The notes beneath the pieces were generated by a model. The model did not search any database. It worked only from the letters and a program-made list of their open reading frames with translations, and was not told where the DNA came from. Source: Octopus vulgaris (lineage: Eukaryota). From it: 64,000 nt of DNA. The DNA lies in the NCBI GenBank assembly GCA_951406725.2, contig OX597828.1, positions 56,854,001 to 56,918,000 of the forward strand, in the 5' to 3' direction. A program made the position numbers and the translations under genes. How positions within the stretch are numbered: the stretch's first letter is position 1; each line of letters starts with the position of its first letter. Below, in pieces: positions 44,740 through 57,933 of the stretch.

Positions 44740-47640
44740 TTTTTCTCTAGTTTCAGCTCAGAGCTGCAGCCATGCTGATGCACCGCCGTTTTGTGCTACA
44801 CTGTTATTACGAAGAACCTCGTCTAATATGTGGCACTTGGTGAAGAATGGAGTTTGGTATAGCTACTCTCATTTGCACCTCTTCCCGTGAGGTAGGTTCA
44901 TCTGGGACTCTCGACAGGAAGATGTCCAGTTTTGATTTTAAAACCGCTACATCTACTTTGTGCAAGTTCCTCAGACTCTTTGGGAGAATATAAAAAGCTG
45001 TGGGCCCTTGAAACCCAGTCTGTTGCAGAAGCTGATCCTGAAGCGTGATGGCATTGCTGAGATTTTGGCACTATGCACTGTCGTCCCGCTCCAGCATTGG
45101 TGTAGCTTACAATGCCAAAATTTGGCACAATTCCTGCCAGGATCTTCCAGACATATATTACTGCATACCTCTCCCGTCTTCTCTCCAGGGAGTAGAGTCT
45201 TAGCTGTTTCAACCTTTCCCAGTAGCTGAGCTGTTGCAAAGAGACGATCTTCTTTGTGAATCTTCTCTGGATTGCTTCAAGGTCGGTCCGCTGTTACTTT
45301 TACACTGGTGGGTGACCATGGCTGTAAGCAGTAATCCAGGCGGCTGAGGACGAATGTCCGCCAGAGGACCATCATGGTTTCCTTATCTCTGGTTCTGAAT
45401 GTTTTTAGGATCCACACATCCAGTCGTCTGCACTTTGTCGCCATCCTGGTAATGTGAACTTGGAAAGAGGTATCATCACTCATGTCGATACCCAGGTCCC
45501 TCACAGAGTTAGGCTCTAGGATTGAAATTCCCTGTGGACCGGTGTATCCTATAAGTTTAATATTCAGTTTTGGATGCTGGTAGCGCAGGGCCTGGAATTT
45601 TTCAGCATTAAACTGCATATTATTATCCTCAGCCCATCTGTAGATTGAGTTCAACTCCTGCTGCAGTTGTGCAGCATCGCTGGAGTTCTGTATTTTCTGC
45701 GAGACTTTCGTATCGTCAGCATAGCTGACCAGAGTGGCTATCCGGGCATTTGAGGGCATATCTGAGAGGGCCACTATAAAAAGCAGTGGTCCCAAGACAG
45801 TGCCCTGTGGAACACCGCTCACTATTTGTGTGTTCATAGAGGTGGCTCCATTAATCACTACTGCCTGACTCCTATCTTTCAGGAAGTCATGTAACCACAC
45901 TCCAAGTTTTCCAGCTACGCCGGGGTCACGCAGTTTGTGGCATATCATACCATGATCCACCTTGTCAAAAGCTTTTGAAAAATCAAGGTAAATTACGTCC
46001 ACATTTGATTTGTTGAATAACTGCCTCAACATCCAGTCATAATGTTGTAAGAGCTGGGTCAGGCAGCTCCTACCTGGTCGAAAACTATGCTGGGTATCAC
46101 TCAGCAAGTTATTTTCCTCAAGGATTGTGATTAGTTTCTTTCTGACTATCCGTTCCATGACTTTGCTGATGTGTGAAGTCAGAGCGATAGGCCTATAGTT
46201 TTTGACATCTGCACTACTTACCCCTTTATGTATTGGGCATATTATTCCCTCCTTCAGCTTGCTTGGCAGTTTGCCATTCGCAAGAAAGCTCTGGAAGAGA
46301 ATCCTGAGGGGCCCTGCCAGGGCATGGCCACACGCTCTGAGGAGGATGGCTGGGAAACCATCAGGACCAGCAGCTGAGTTTGCGTCCACTTCATCCATGG
46401 CCATCAGGACATCTTTTTTGCCATTGTCAATACATTCCACTGTAACCGCCTCGCTGGTTATAGGTGAGGCGTCAAAGAAGTCCACTGGTTCGTCCACCTG
46501 TCTGTGCTCCAACGGGGTGGCAAAGACACTCTTGAACTGGTCATTCAGCATCTCACTGAGCTCAGTTGGACAGTACGTGAGGGATCCATCCCCCCGGAGG
46601 AGGGGTCCCATCCTGCAGTGCACCGAGACCTTTTCTTTCGCGAAATGAAAGAAGGCCCCTGGGTCTGACTCAATGTCCTTTACAACCCAGGCTTCTCTGT
46701 CTACTCCCTCCTTCACATAGGACCGTTGCAGCCTTTTTCTGATCTCCATCAGTGTTGTTCTCAGACGGTACGTTTCGCTACTCTTGGGATGTTGGTTGAG
46801 ACAATTTGCAGCCTTCGTCCGTCGTCTCATGAGGATCTTTCTGTCTCTTGGAATCTTGCTCCTATTTGTTTTGGCCTTGTGCTCTGGGACATATTTCTGG
46901 CATACGGCTTGCACAGAAGACATGAAACATTCTAGTTTCATGTCAATGTCTGGTGTGGAGAGACATTCCGGCCAGTCCTCTCTGAGGATCTCTTTTTGGA
47001 TCGATTTCCAATCTGCTTTGTGGAAGTTCAGATTGGAGAGATTTCGGGTGCTTCCTTTAGGCTGTATGTCTCTGGTTACTTTTGGCCCAAACATAGACAG
47101 CTCTATTGTGTTGTGATCCGAAACTGATGTCGGTGTCACATTCACATCATGAATGATGTCCATATTGTTCGTGAAGCAGAGATCCAGAATGTTATTCGTC
47201 CTAGTTGGCTTTACAGGTTCTTCGGTGCCTTCCATATTTCTTCTTTCCTGAAGTGTACTGGGTGACATTGGTTCCTCCATGGGGTTCTCTGCTGTTGTGT
47301 GGTGGGTTGGGGTTTCAGCTTTGTTTGTTTTGCCTTTTCCTCCTGTTCCCTCCTTATTTTTGTTTTCGGTCCTTCCTTTTTTCTTCTGTTTTTCTAATTT
47401 TTCATTTCTTTGTTGGAACATTGGTACAGGGGGGCTTCCGGTTTCTACTCCCTTGGCTCCCCTATCCTTCACTACCTGGTCGTTCACCGGGGTAGGTGAT
47501 CCATTTTCCTGAGGAACCCCTGGATCACAGAGACTTCCGGCTTCCTTCTCTTTTTCGTCCTCTTCATCCTCATCAGCCTTGCCACAATAATTTTCAATTA
47601 CATTATCTAGTGTTTTGATGTATGGTCTTATAAGCAACTG
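44740..47640 (-). mobile_element. CR1/L2-type LINE: end of APE domain plus reverse transcriptase, frameshifted 3' part
   Basis: ORF 45277-47685 has PTRTNNILDL, SDHNTI, AGPDG, NYRPIALTS, YLDFSKAFD, GVPQGTVLGPLLF and YADDT; LYSLERRRER continues in another frame (44898-45239). Confidence 0.92.
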
Positions 47641-47646
47641 TATGTA

Positions 47647-47678
<32 letters not shown>

Positions 47679-47692
47679 CATACATACATATA

Positions 47693-47860
47693 TACGATGG
47701 GCTTCTTTCCGTTTCCGTCTATCAAACCACTCGCCAGGCTTTGGTCAGCCCGAGGCTATAGTAGAAACCACTTGCCCATGGTGGAACGCAGTGGGACTGA
47801 ACCCGGAACCATATGGTTGGTAAGCAACCTACTTACCCCACATCCACTCATGCGCCTATA
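47693..47860 (-). mobile_element. tRNA-type SINE
   Basis: Minus strand GGTTCCGGGTTCAGTCCCACTGCGT...CTATAGCCTCGGGCTGACCAAAGCC...GACGGAAACGGAAAGAAGCCC, same family as 4113-4270. Confidence 0.8.
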
Positions 47861-48023
47861 GGAGAGAAAGAATAAGGCTTGCCTTTTCGTTCACAATTCA
47901 ACATACCTCTAACTTACGGGGACAGCGTGTGAGTGTGTGTGTGTGTGTGCAAGTATACATGTCTATATGGTTGACGGTAACTGAAAACCCCCATCACACA
48001 CACGCATACTCATAAATAAATAA

Positions 48024-48098
<75 letters not shown>

Positions 48099-49084
48099 TA
48101 TGTGTCTTTACGTCTTTGTCTCCACAGTATACCGCTTGACAAACTGTGTTTGTGTGTTTGTGTCATCGTGACTTAGCAGTTCGGCAAACAGGGGTCATTC
48201 GAATGATTACCATGCTTAAAGAAGGAGTACTAGGATCTGTGCATTTGACTGAAAATTTAAGGTAGCTCCAAGCATGGCCGCAGTGAAAGATGAAATATAA
48301 AGGATATATACATGGATACATTTCTATTTCTCATCTTTTCACATGAAAGTTTCCAATTTACAGTCGGAAAAAATAATCTTCTGTAAGAAACGAAACTTAA
48401 GATATAATCCGTCAAGAAAATTATGATACGGTTGCAATACCTCGGAATGTCTGAAAAAAACTGAACTCATATTTTCATATTACTTTATTTTATAACAGGA
48501 AAAATTCCATGACATAAACGCACACATCCAGTGAAGGAATTGTAGAATATGAGGATTCTAAAACAATCATGGTAACACTGCAACAGGAACATATGTGTGG
48601 TTAAAACTTAAAACATTTGTGTTGTAAACATGTGACCTGCTCTGGGTCTCATTTTGTAATCCTTTGGTCAATAGTCTTCTGATATTTTCTAGAATATTAA
48701 ACAGTCTCATAAATCGCATAACCCCATAATTCTAAAACCACAGCAAAAAAAAAAATCATTGATCCTGAAGTAGGAGTTCCGCATCATAATTGCGTAGCCA
48801 TAAATGAAGAAATAAATAATCAATTTTACTGACAATCTCTGACAGAAAGTTGATAAAAGGACACTGTACGAACGCACATCGTATGGTTACGTCTTCGTGT
48901 GTCTCTATATATTCAAGTTTCTAACGTTTAAATCTGTTTATGAATATAAATTGATGATAAAGTAAAAATATAATTTGATCCACAAAGATATGTCATCAAA
49001 ACTTTCCGAGTACTGCCACAAAAATAAGCAATAACTGTACATATACATGTAAATCCATCCATCCATATATTTATATGGATGGAT

Positions 49085-49125
<41 letters not shown>

Positions 49126-49162
49126 TTCGTCGGTCAGACTTGGGGTAAATTTTATGTGTGTG

Positions 49163-49209
<47 letters not shown>

Positions 49210-49232
49210 TTATTTATATATTTATATATATG

Positions 49233-49266
<34 letters not shown>

Positions 49267-49267
49267 T

Positions 49268-50643
49268 TTCGCTGTGGCAGGGACTGTCTAACACAGCTCT
49301 TACACCACATTGAAGATGTACTCAAAGCCTTGGGAACAGGTTCGAACTCTGACGTCATATACCTTGACTTCAGTAATGCGTTCGACAGGGTAGACCATAA
49401 CATCCTACTCTCAAAATTGGCAAATTTTGGAATCCGTGGAAAAGTTCTACACTGGATTCAGTATTTCCTAGCGAATAGAACACAACATGTTGTAGTTGAT
49501 GGAGTCCACTGAAACCCAGCAAAAGTCACCAGCGGTGTTCCCCAGGGAACTGTTTTGGGTCCGCTACTCTTCATAATTTATGTAAACGACCTTTCCAGTG
49601 TCGTACATCACTGCAAAGTGAAAATATTCGCTGATGACACTAAGCTCCAGCAAATCGTCAATGAAGAAGCAGACCGAACTCAACTCCAGTCTGACCTATA
49701 TGCTGTGAGTCAATGGGCAGACAGAAACAAAATGCAACTGAATGAGGGAAAATTTGAGCTGATGCATTTTGGAAGAAATTCCTCACTAAAACAACCATAC
49801 TCTCTTCCTTCAGGGGAACCGCTCACAGCCTCTAACAATATCAGAGACCTGGGTGTAATTGTTGATGACGATCTCAGTTGGAGCGCACACATCAACAAGA
49901 AGGTCGATACAGCTCGTAGGATGAGTTCCTGGATCTTAAGAGCTTTCCGGTCCAGAGAACAAGGTGTCATCATACCACTTTTTTCATCCTTTGTACGGCC
50001 ACACCTTGAATACTGCTGCCCACTGTGGTCTCCTCACACAAGACAAAACATCTCCAGAATTGAGTCACCCCAGAGGGCTCTCACTAAACAAATTGAAGGC
50101 ATGGCTTCTCTCGACTATTGGGATCGCCTTAAAGCCTTGAAACTTTACTCCCTCCAGCGTCGCCGTGAGCGGTACATCATTTGTACGATGTGGAAAATAT
50201 ACCGCCAACTTTGCCCAAACGACCTAAACATTAGCTTCAAGGTTCATCCGAGACTTGGACCACGGGCTATACGTCCCCTGCCAAATTCAAGATCACAACA
50301 TACATGTACACTGCAACATAATTTCTTTTCCTCAACAGGCCCTGCCCTATTTAACATTGTCCCGAGGGAGATCAAAGAGGAAAAGGATCCCATCAACTTC
50401 AAACAGAGTCTGGATAGATTCCTTCAAAGAATACCAGACAAGCCACCCATAATTGGATACAACTCACCCAACAAGAACTCACTACTTGAACAAAACTGGA
50501 TACAACTCACCCAACAAGAACTCACTACTTGAACAAAACTTGACTTAAACAGGATTCGAATAATCCTATCAGGTGGTGCTATTAAGTTAGACATGGCCTG
50601 GACCAATCTCTGGTCGAAACATATCTAAGTTTTATCTAAGTTT
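49268..50643 (+). mobile_element. 5'-truncated CR1/L2-type LINE RT fragment with one in-frame stop
   Basis: YLDFSNAFDRVDH, TGA at 49510-49512, GVPQGTVLGPLLF, FADDT, RPHLEYC, LYSLQRRRER; short repeated tail (TATCTAAGTTT)2. Confidence 0.9.
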
Positions 50644-51902
50644 TATGTATGTGAGAGTTTGTGTGCTTCAAGCGTATGTAGAGTGACAGGGATATGTAGA
50701 TATACATACATAGATATCTCTACACATACATGCGCATATATGCTTACATAAAACTCGCAGGTTTAAAAAGAATCAGACAATACAAAATGTAGAATTTTAT
50801 GTTTTATTCAATCTTAAGAAATTCCACAAATTTTTACTCAGAGTTGCACGTAATCATTCCTCGGTCAGACTTGGGTATTCAGTATAATAAATTAGCTGAT
50901 AAGTATTTCCAAACATTTATGATTAATACGACGTAGAAAGTAAAGTTTCCCGGTATACCTAAGTTAAATGAAAAATAACATATTTATCGAAGTTTTAACA
51001 GCATCTCTATCGAAATAGTTAGTATGAACGTTATGCGTACATACAGACGTCAGCGCGTACTCATGGCTACAGTCTACTGACAGAAGCAAGTAAAAGATAA
51101 AAATAAAAGATATATACATACATACGTATTTATGCCTCGTTTCTTATAAAATGTGAGTTATTATCTAGTATTTTCCACTTTACAGGAAGAAATGAATAAC
51201 TGTATTGAAGGAAATTAAATGTAATCCATCGAAAAAATTATAATACGGTTGCAATATTTCAAAATTTCTTAACACATTGCACCAGCCCCAGAGTTCCTGC
51301 CACTTTTGGAATCTGGCCTGGAAATTGTTTCGCATTGGATTTGGGCAACGGTGTTAAAATGGCATTCTTTGTGCTGCATTTTTATGTTGCAGAAGAGAAT
51401 GATATCTGCCGGAGGTAAAACTGGCGAAAAGCGTGAGTGCGAAAGTGATACCATGGTGTTCTTAGCGTGAAACTCACGAATAAGGTGAGCTCAGTGACAG
51501 GATGCTAAATTGCCAACCATGATATTAGATTTTCCAGCATTATTTTTTTATGACCTACAAGAAGTAAGAGGATACTATTGTACTGAAATATTTTCTTATC
51601 CTGCATGTATAAATTTTGTGACTATTCTTGGCCTAGAAATATTTTTTTGACTTAATTAGCCCGTGCGGCTTCTATTTTCTGCCACTAGCGGTAGTGTTTT
51701 TATTAGTACTACCGCTATCATATTTATTTTTAAATAATTTCACGTATTTCATTTGTTTAAGTTGTGGTTGATTATTTCAAATGAATTTACAAGCATGTTC
51801 AGGGTAAATTTTAATAGCAGTGCCATGGCAGATTTGGCTGAAGAGAATCAGGTACGGTATGGCGCGTGTATGTGCATAACAGATGTGTGTACATTTGTTT
51901 TT

Positions 51903-51950
<48 letters not shown>

Positions 51951-53206
51951 TGTGTGTATTACAAAACATCCGTTAGTCAAACCGGTTTTAGTTCTTACAC
52001 AACAAGACTCAACATTACCTAAACATGTATTTGTATTTCAGCTTTCATAAACGTTTTATGTATATCCGAATGAATTATGTGACACAGACCCCTTGTAGAC
52101 TCCTGTAACAGCATAATATACCAGTGATACTACGTTTCTGATGTATTCTTCTTGTTTGCACTGAGAGAATGGTGATTTATAAATAATTTAATTTAATCAT
52201 AGTTATAATTGATTTTTTTTTTCATGTTACGCATATGTTGCTTCTAACATTTGAAACGATCCTATGCATGGATTAGTATTCTATAAAACTTTAACACAAC
52301 TACTCCATCTTTAATTCTTTGATGTGTTTATATAGGATACGTGTTCTATAAATGCTCATAACACACCTTATAATTATATATATACATGTATGTATTGTAT
52401 GAAATACGTTCTGTCTGTCTGGGTGTGTGTCTTCTAGGATCTGCGGCATCCCCCATCCGTTTGCGCTCAAATTTGATATGTAGATACCTACGGAATCAGA
52501 CCATGTATAGGTCTTCAAAAAATTACAAAAAATTGATTCCAGTTGAGAATACGATCGATAAAGCCGTGGGAACGTGTTTTTGTACGCGCAAGTAATCAGC
52601 TGTTGCTACTACCTTTTCCATGCCCTTGAACATCCCGTAAAGTAAGTTAGCTTCAAATTAGTTACTTAGTTCCCTAGGTTATTCCTTTTAATCAAAAATC
52701 GCCCCAAGTTGATTTCCTAAATGTTTTATCGGATACTCTTATTATTGTCCCAGGTACGTTCTCATATATTCATCATGCTTTTCCATCTAGTTTTACCTCC
52801 AGGTAACCCATTTGCATGCATCGTTTTTTTCCTGCTTTACTTCTGTGAACCTGTACAAGACTGCACCTTCCATTTTTTGTTGTTTTTGTACTGCTTAAAG
52901 GCACGTTTCTTTCCTGCCAAGCTTACTGTTTAAACAATGTTCTCCCAGTCAACAGCCTTATCATTACTGGTACTTTAAACTCTTCGGTTCCACATTTGTG
53001 TGAATAAAATCATTTTTCTTCAGAATAGAAAAAAACCTATATTTGTTTATTCTTTTGCTGGTGTCTGAAATTTAGGTTAAATCAGTGTTTCCCAAAAGGA
53101 GAGGCCTATGGGAGATCGGACAAGTCGTTTTGAGAAAATTTCGTTTAAACTTTTGACAACTCAGCACCGTCCATTGGACGGGGGGGGGACGATTTACTCG
53201 TGTATG

Positions 53207-53257
<51 letters not shown>

Positions 53258-54248
53258 TGTGAGTGGCAGATAGATACATACATACATAGATTATATGGAT
53301 TCAGAAGTGGGTGTGTGGTTAGAAGACTGCTTCCCAACCAACATTGTTCCAGCTTCAGTCAGACTACGTGGCAACGCGGGCAAGTGCCTTGTGCCATGGT
53401 TTCGCTGCGCCAAAAGCCTTTTGAGTGAATATGGTAGACAAAAATTGATATAGGGGTGCCGTGTATATATATATATATATATAAATTTTAAAAAAACAAC
53501 GTTTATCAGTTGAACAAAAGAAAAAGTTTAATTGTACCATATAGAAAAAAAATAATATAAGATAAACACATATACCAATGATTAAGTAATGTACAAAATA
53601 ATAAATATAACATATATATTTGGTAAAATGACTATACATGTTTCGTGGCTATAAAACAATAAGATAATTAAATGAATAAATATACGTATATAATCTTGTA
53701 AAATACGAAATACCTTAACAAATATATTCTGGTGTAAGTAGCAATAGAATAAATAGGTATAAATATTTATTATATGTATAAAAATAAAATTTTAACTTAA
53801 AAGAATAACAAACTATAATATATCATTATTACTATAAAAAAAATGCAATTAATTAAGTTATTTAAAGCAAACAAATACACATATATATATAATACAAAAT
53901 ATACATTAGGTGAAAACGTAAATACTATAATTTAATCTATATAGATTAAAATAAATTATTTATTTATTTATTTAATTTATTACGTCTATTTCTATTTTTA
54001 TAATGTGATGTAACTTATTACATATAATTTACATTGAGAAGTAGTTCTGTATGACATTATATTATTTAATAGTTAGGAGGTTTATATGTTATGTAGTAAA
54101 TCATTTAATTAAATAAATTTAATATTAATTGATATTTTGGTCAATGCTATAATTTGGTATGTATATATATATGTATATCTATATGTATATATATGTAAAT
54201 ATATATATATATATATGTGTGTGTGTATATATATGTACATATATATGC

Positions 54249-54290
<42 letters not shown>

Positions 54291-54543
54291 AAAATGGTAA
54301 ATAATTTTTCCGTGGTGTTTCGTACAACCAACAATTATTTACCGGTAAATTTCGGTATGTAAATATGACTTTTAGCGCCAGGAACTTCTGTAGAGTTCAG
54401 TATATATTGTAAATATAATTAAAAGGGCAGGCAACAGGTTGCTCCGCCGCATACCAAAGGAATTAGAAATGGCAGTCAAAGACTGTTTATTTCCATTTTC
54501 TACAAGTGGAGGTTCCATATACTTCTGTAGAGTGCAGTATATA

Positions 54544-54936
54544 TCTATATATATATAAGTGAAGTTGTGTGAGTGTCTGTCTCCTACGATTTAGATTCCT
54601 AACTACTCCCACATTTTGCGGTGCAGTTTAACCAAATTCGGGTATCGTATAGTCGTGATGCATATCGAGCCCGTCTGGGTATTAGCGCGCGTCTACAATG
54701 AGTCTACGATTTTAAAAATAATTTACCATCATTTTTTTCCATTTTAAGGCATATTTTTTTAAAGGGAAGTAACTCTCTAAAAATGTCTACGATGAGTCAA
54801 CGATTTAAAAAAAAAATTACCATCATATTTTTTCCATTTCTAATGCATTTTTTGCTATTTGTTTGCTATAACTCTCTAAAAATGCTTTATAGTTATTTCC
54901 CTTACAAACCCGAGCAACGCCGGGCGATACAGCTAG
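54544..54936 (+). mobile_element. Non-autonomous Helitron
   Basis: 5' TC, 3' CTAG, subterminal GC-rich hairpin CCCGAGCAACGCCGGG, inserted between A and T with no TSD; an empty-site paralogue CAGTATATATTGTAAAT lies at about 54398-54414. Confidence 0.85.
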
Positions 54937-55120
54937 TTGTAAATATAATTAAATATAATTAGGCAATTTTTAGCCTACGATCTAGAAACATGTTCATCAT
55001 TAACGGTAGGAGATTGTTTTCGTTTATTTACTACTCCGATTTTGCGTATGTGAATCGCAGGGTTTGTCGTATATGGAACCTCCACTTGTAGAAAATGGAA
55101 ATAAACAGTCTTTGACTGCC

Positions 55121-55257
<137 letters not shown>

Positions 55258-56784
55258 TAGACAGACAGATAGACAGACATAGATATAGATATATTACAGT
55301 TTCCAAAGCGTATGAGTGACCGATATCATAACACTCCACAGGAATGGAATTCTATTGAGCATCATGGTCCCTTCTTAAGGGCCAAGTGTACTGGAGAATT
55401 ATGGAAAGAAGTGATTGCTTTAAAAATACAACGCCCAGAGTTAGAGCATTTTAGTGTATCGAAACATTAGTATCCATGACAAAAGAAAATCATGTGTGAA
55501 AAGTAAAGGCTCTGTGATGCTTTTGATTCCCCAGGATAGAACATTTTTTGCTTGGTTTTTATGGGCGTGTATGTGTGTAGAGCGATGCAAGGTTAATAGA
55601 GTCCGCCGACGTAGGAGAGTAGAAATTTGAACTGTTATTGTTTGTGTGTATGTGTGCAGGTGTGACGTGTTAAGCTGGGATTTAGGATTTAGGAGTGAGC
55701 CCGACTATGTCTGTTTGAAGGAACACAGACAGTGGTTTTGAAGTCTATGCCTGTGTATGACACGCTACTGTATAGAATTAGTGCATGCAAAATGGAACAT
55801 AAAGCGATAATAGATGGGCGTTCAATGAAGAGAGACAAAAATATAAGACCAGATTATTCCTTGGAATAGCGTGGCAACCTAGTTAAGTTGCTTTTCTGTA
55901 AATCTTGTACCCAGTGTAAATTTGAAAGTACAATAAATGTCTTAGAATCATTTCCTTGTTTTAGTAAACTCTTTAATTAATTATCATATAGGATATAAAG
56001 TGAGTGACATGATGTCGACTACTAGCTTTATATTGAATGCATATATTTTATACATAAAATCCAATGCGCATCACTATTTTCTTTTATGCTTTTGCGGTGC
56101 CTAAAACGAGGAGATATTTAATAATGATTTCGAAATAAACAATTTTTAATATAATCAAAGGACAGATCCGTCTTTGCCAAATTCATCATCCTTCTTTTAT
56201 TTATTTTGTATTATTTAAATTTAAATGTTATAATTTAATGTAGCATAGTATGTCAAACTTGAGGTGAAGAAACATCTGTTGTTTAACAAAATTATTTTAA
56301 AAGCGTACAGGACATTGTGCAAAAAGCCGGTGTATTCGAAATTCACTTGTCTGCGTCAACTCTTCAAATGGCTCTTAGATAAAACATAGAATGTATGTGC
56401 ATTGAGTTAGGTTTTTGTTAGTTATTTCCGCTTCACTTACGTGCGCAGGTTGTTGTAGTTGCTTGGCATAGTGTTTTTGTATGTTTGCTAAATTACAGGA
56501 AAGCGGCTGCAATGATTTTCACCACATCTGAGAGAAATACCATTAGGTGAGAGGTTCGAACTCATTAAATCTTGATTTATCTTCAAAACTGGTGGACATA
56601 GGCGTAAATGATAAGGAAAGGAAATAACTCTTGATGTCGTTTTGTTGAATTATAAATTCTGCTGAGAAGGTATATTTTGAATGAAATTTTGTTTTAACTA
56701 TATGTGTACGCAGGGTCTGCATTGCCTCTCTGATGCCTTATTATTTTAATAGAAAAGTATCAGACTACTCTTTTCTGAGTCTTA

Positions 56785-57933
56785 CTAAGAACTCGACACA
56801 GCAAAAAATATATAAAATACTAAAAGGAATATAGCAATTGTTGACAAAAATATTTTGTCTAGCTTCTGATAGTTTATAAAATGTCTTTTAGAAATATTTA
56901 CATCTCTTACTTCAATATTATGTTCATCTGAGGTTTCTATGACACCAACCTTATTTCTGGATCCTTTGGATTCTCGTGTAATTTCTGGAGTTAAATTGAT
57001 GTCTGCTCCAGTCTGTTGGGCATAAAGTTTACACACAAATACCGATTCGATAGAGGAACATCCACTGATAAATGTCAGAATTAAAAGATATATTAGATAT
57101 AAAGAGGGATCCTGTGAATTATTGCCCAATATTTTTTCAGTTTCAGAAAGGAAAACGATGTTTGTAAGAAAAATAGTTATTGCAGCACAAACTTTCTCTC
57201 CAGATGCAGCTGGCAATAAATGAACGGAAAGGATCAATAATGTTAACATTATTGGGGGTATAATTTTTGTTATTGTTGCACTGCTAACCTTTCTCTTGCC
57301 GTGAAGTGTAAGACCAACTGCTATAACATCCTCCTTTTCCTTCTTTGTCTCAGTAAAAGTGAAATCCCATTGATTTGATTTAGCTTTCAATTTTATATCA
57401 ATATCAAATTCCCCTATAATTACATCGGTAAATATCTGATGGTCAAGGCAAACAGATACATCACATTCGTGCACATCAAAAGGATAATATTTAACGTTAA
57501 TCCTGCAGTATATTTTAAATATTTTGTTTATATGTAAGTGAACGAACCCATCTTGTTTGACAGTGACTTCCTTGTACGGATCGAAACTGAAATCACCTGA
57601 TACGGTATTACATATTTGAATATTGGGATACCAAATATCAGATAAGTAAAAACTTATATGTCTTTGAGTAGACATTGAATCATTCCATTTCAGATTATTG
57701 TCCTGCCATTTTATGCCGAGATTCAGATGACTTACGAGAATACCTTGCTTCATGTCTAATCCCATAATATTCTTTATGACAAGTGTCACGTATAGGCTTA
57801 ATTCGGTCTCATTCGCAGCAACAGGTGTAATTTTTTTATCATAGGTTTCGAGTAATACATCTCCGAAGTCATAATAATCTTCTGTAGAAGCGCTTCCAAT
57901 TGATATAACAATTAAGGCAACTATCAATTTCAT
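56785..57933 (-). CDS. Chemotactile receptor-like atypical nicotinic acetylcholine receptor (Cys-loop pentameric ligand-gated cation channel subunit), 382 aa, intronless CDS
   Basis: ATG at 57933 opens a signal peptide (MKLIVALIVISIGSAST); the track ORF starts 20 codons earlier at a TTG. pLGIC motifs: LLETYDKKITPV, WQDNNLKWN, IWYPNIQICN, Cys-loop CRINVKYYPFDVHEC (C-x13-C, 57463-57507), four TM helices, M1-M2 linker PAASGEK, M4 LDKIFL. No loop-B Trp and no loop-C CC. Confidence 0.92.
   Translation of the reverse strand: MKLIVALIVISIGSASTEDYYDFGDVLLETYDKKITPVAANETELSLYVTLVIKNIMGLDMKQGILVSHLNLGIKWQDNNLKWNDSMSTQRHISFYLSDIWYPNIQICNTVSGDFSFDPYKEVTVKQDGFVHLHINKIFKIYCRINVKYYPFDVHECDVSVCLDHQIFTDVIIGEFDIDIKLKAKSNQWDFTFTETKKEKEDVIAVGLTLHGKRKVSSATITKIIPPIMLTLLILSVHLLPAASGEKVCAAITIFLTNIVFLSETEKILGNNSQDPSLYLIYLLILTFISGCSSIESVFVCKLYAQQTGADINLTPEITRESKGSRNKVGVIETSDEHNIEVRDVNISKRHFINYQKLDKIFLSTIAIFLLVFYIFFAVSSS

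Noticed and set aside
50456-50540. 43-bp tandem duplication as a functional element
   Set aside because: Simple slippage duplication at the end of a dead LINE ORF.
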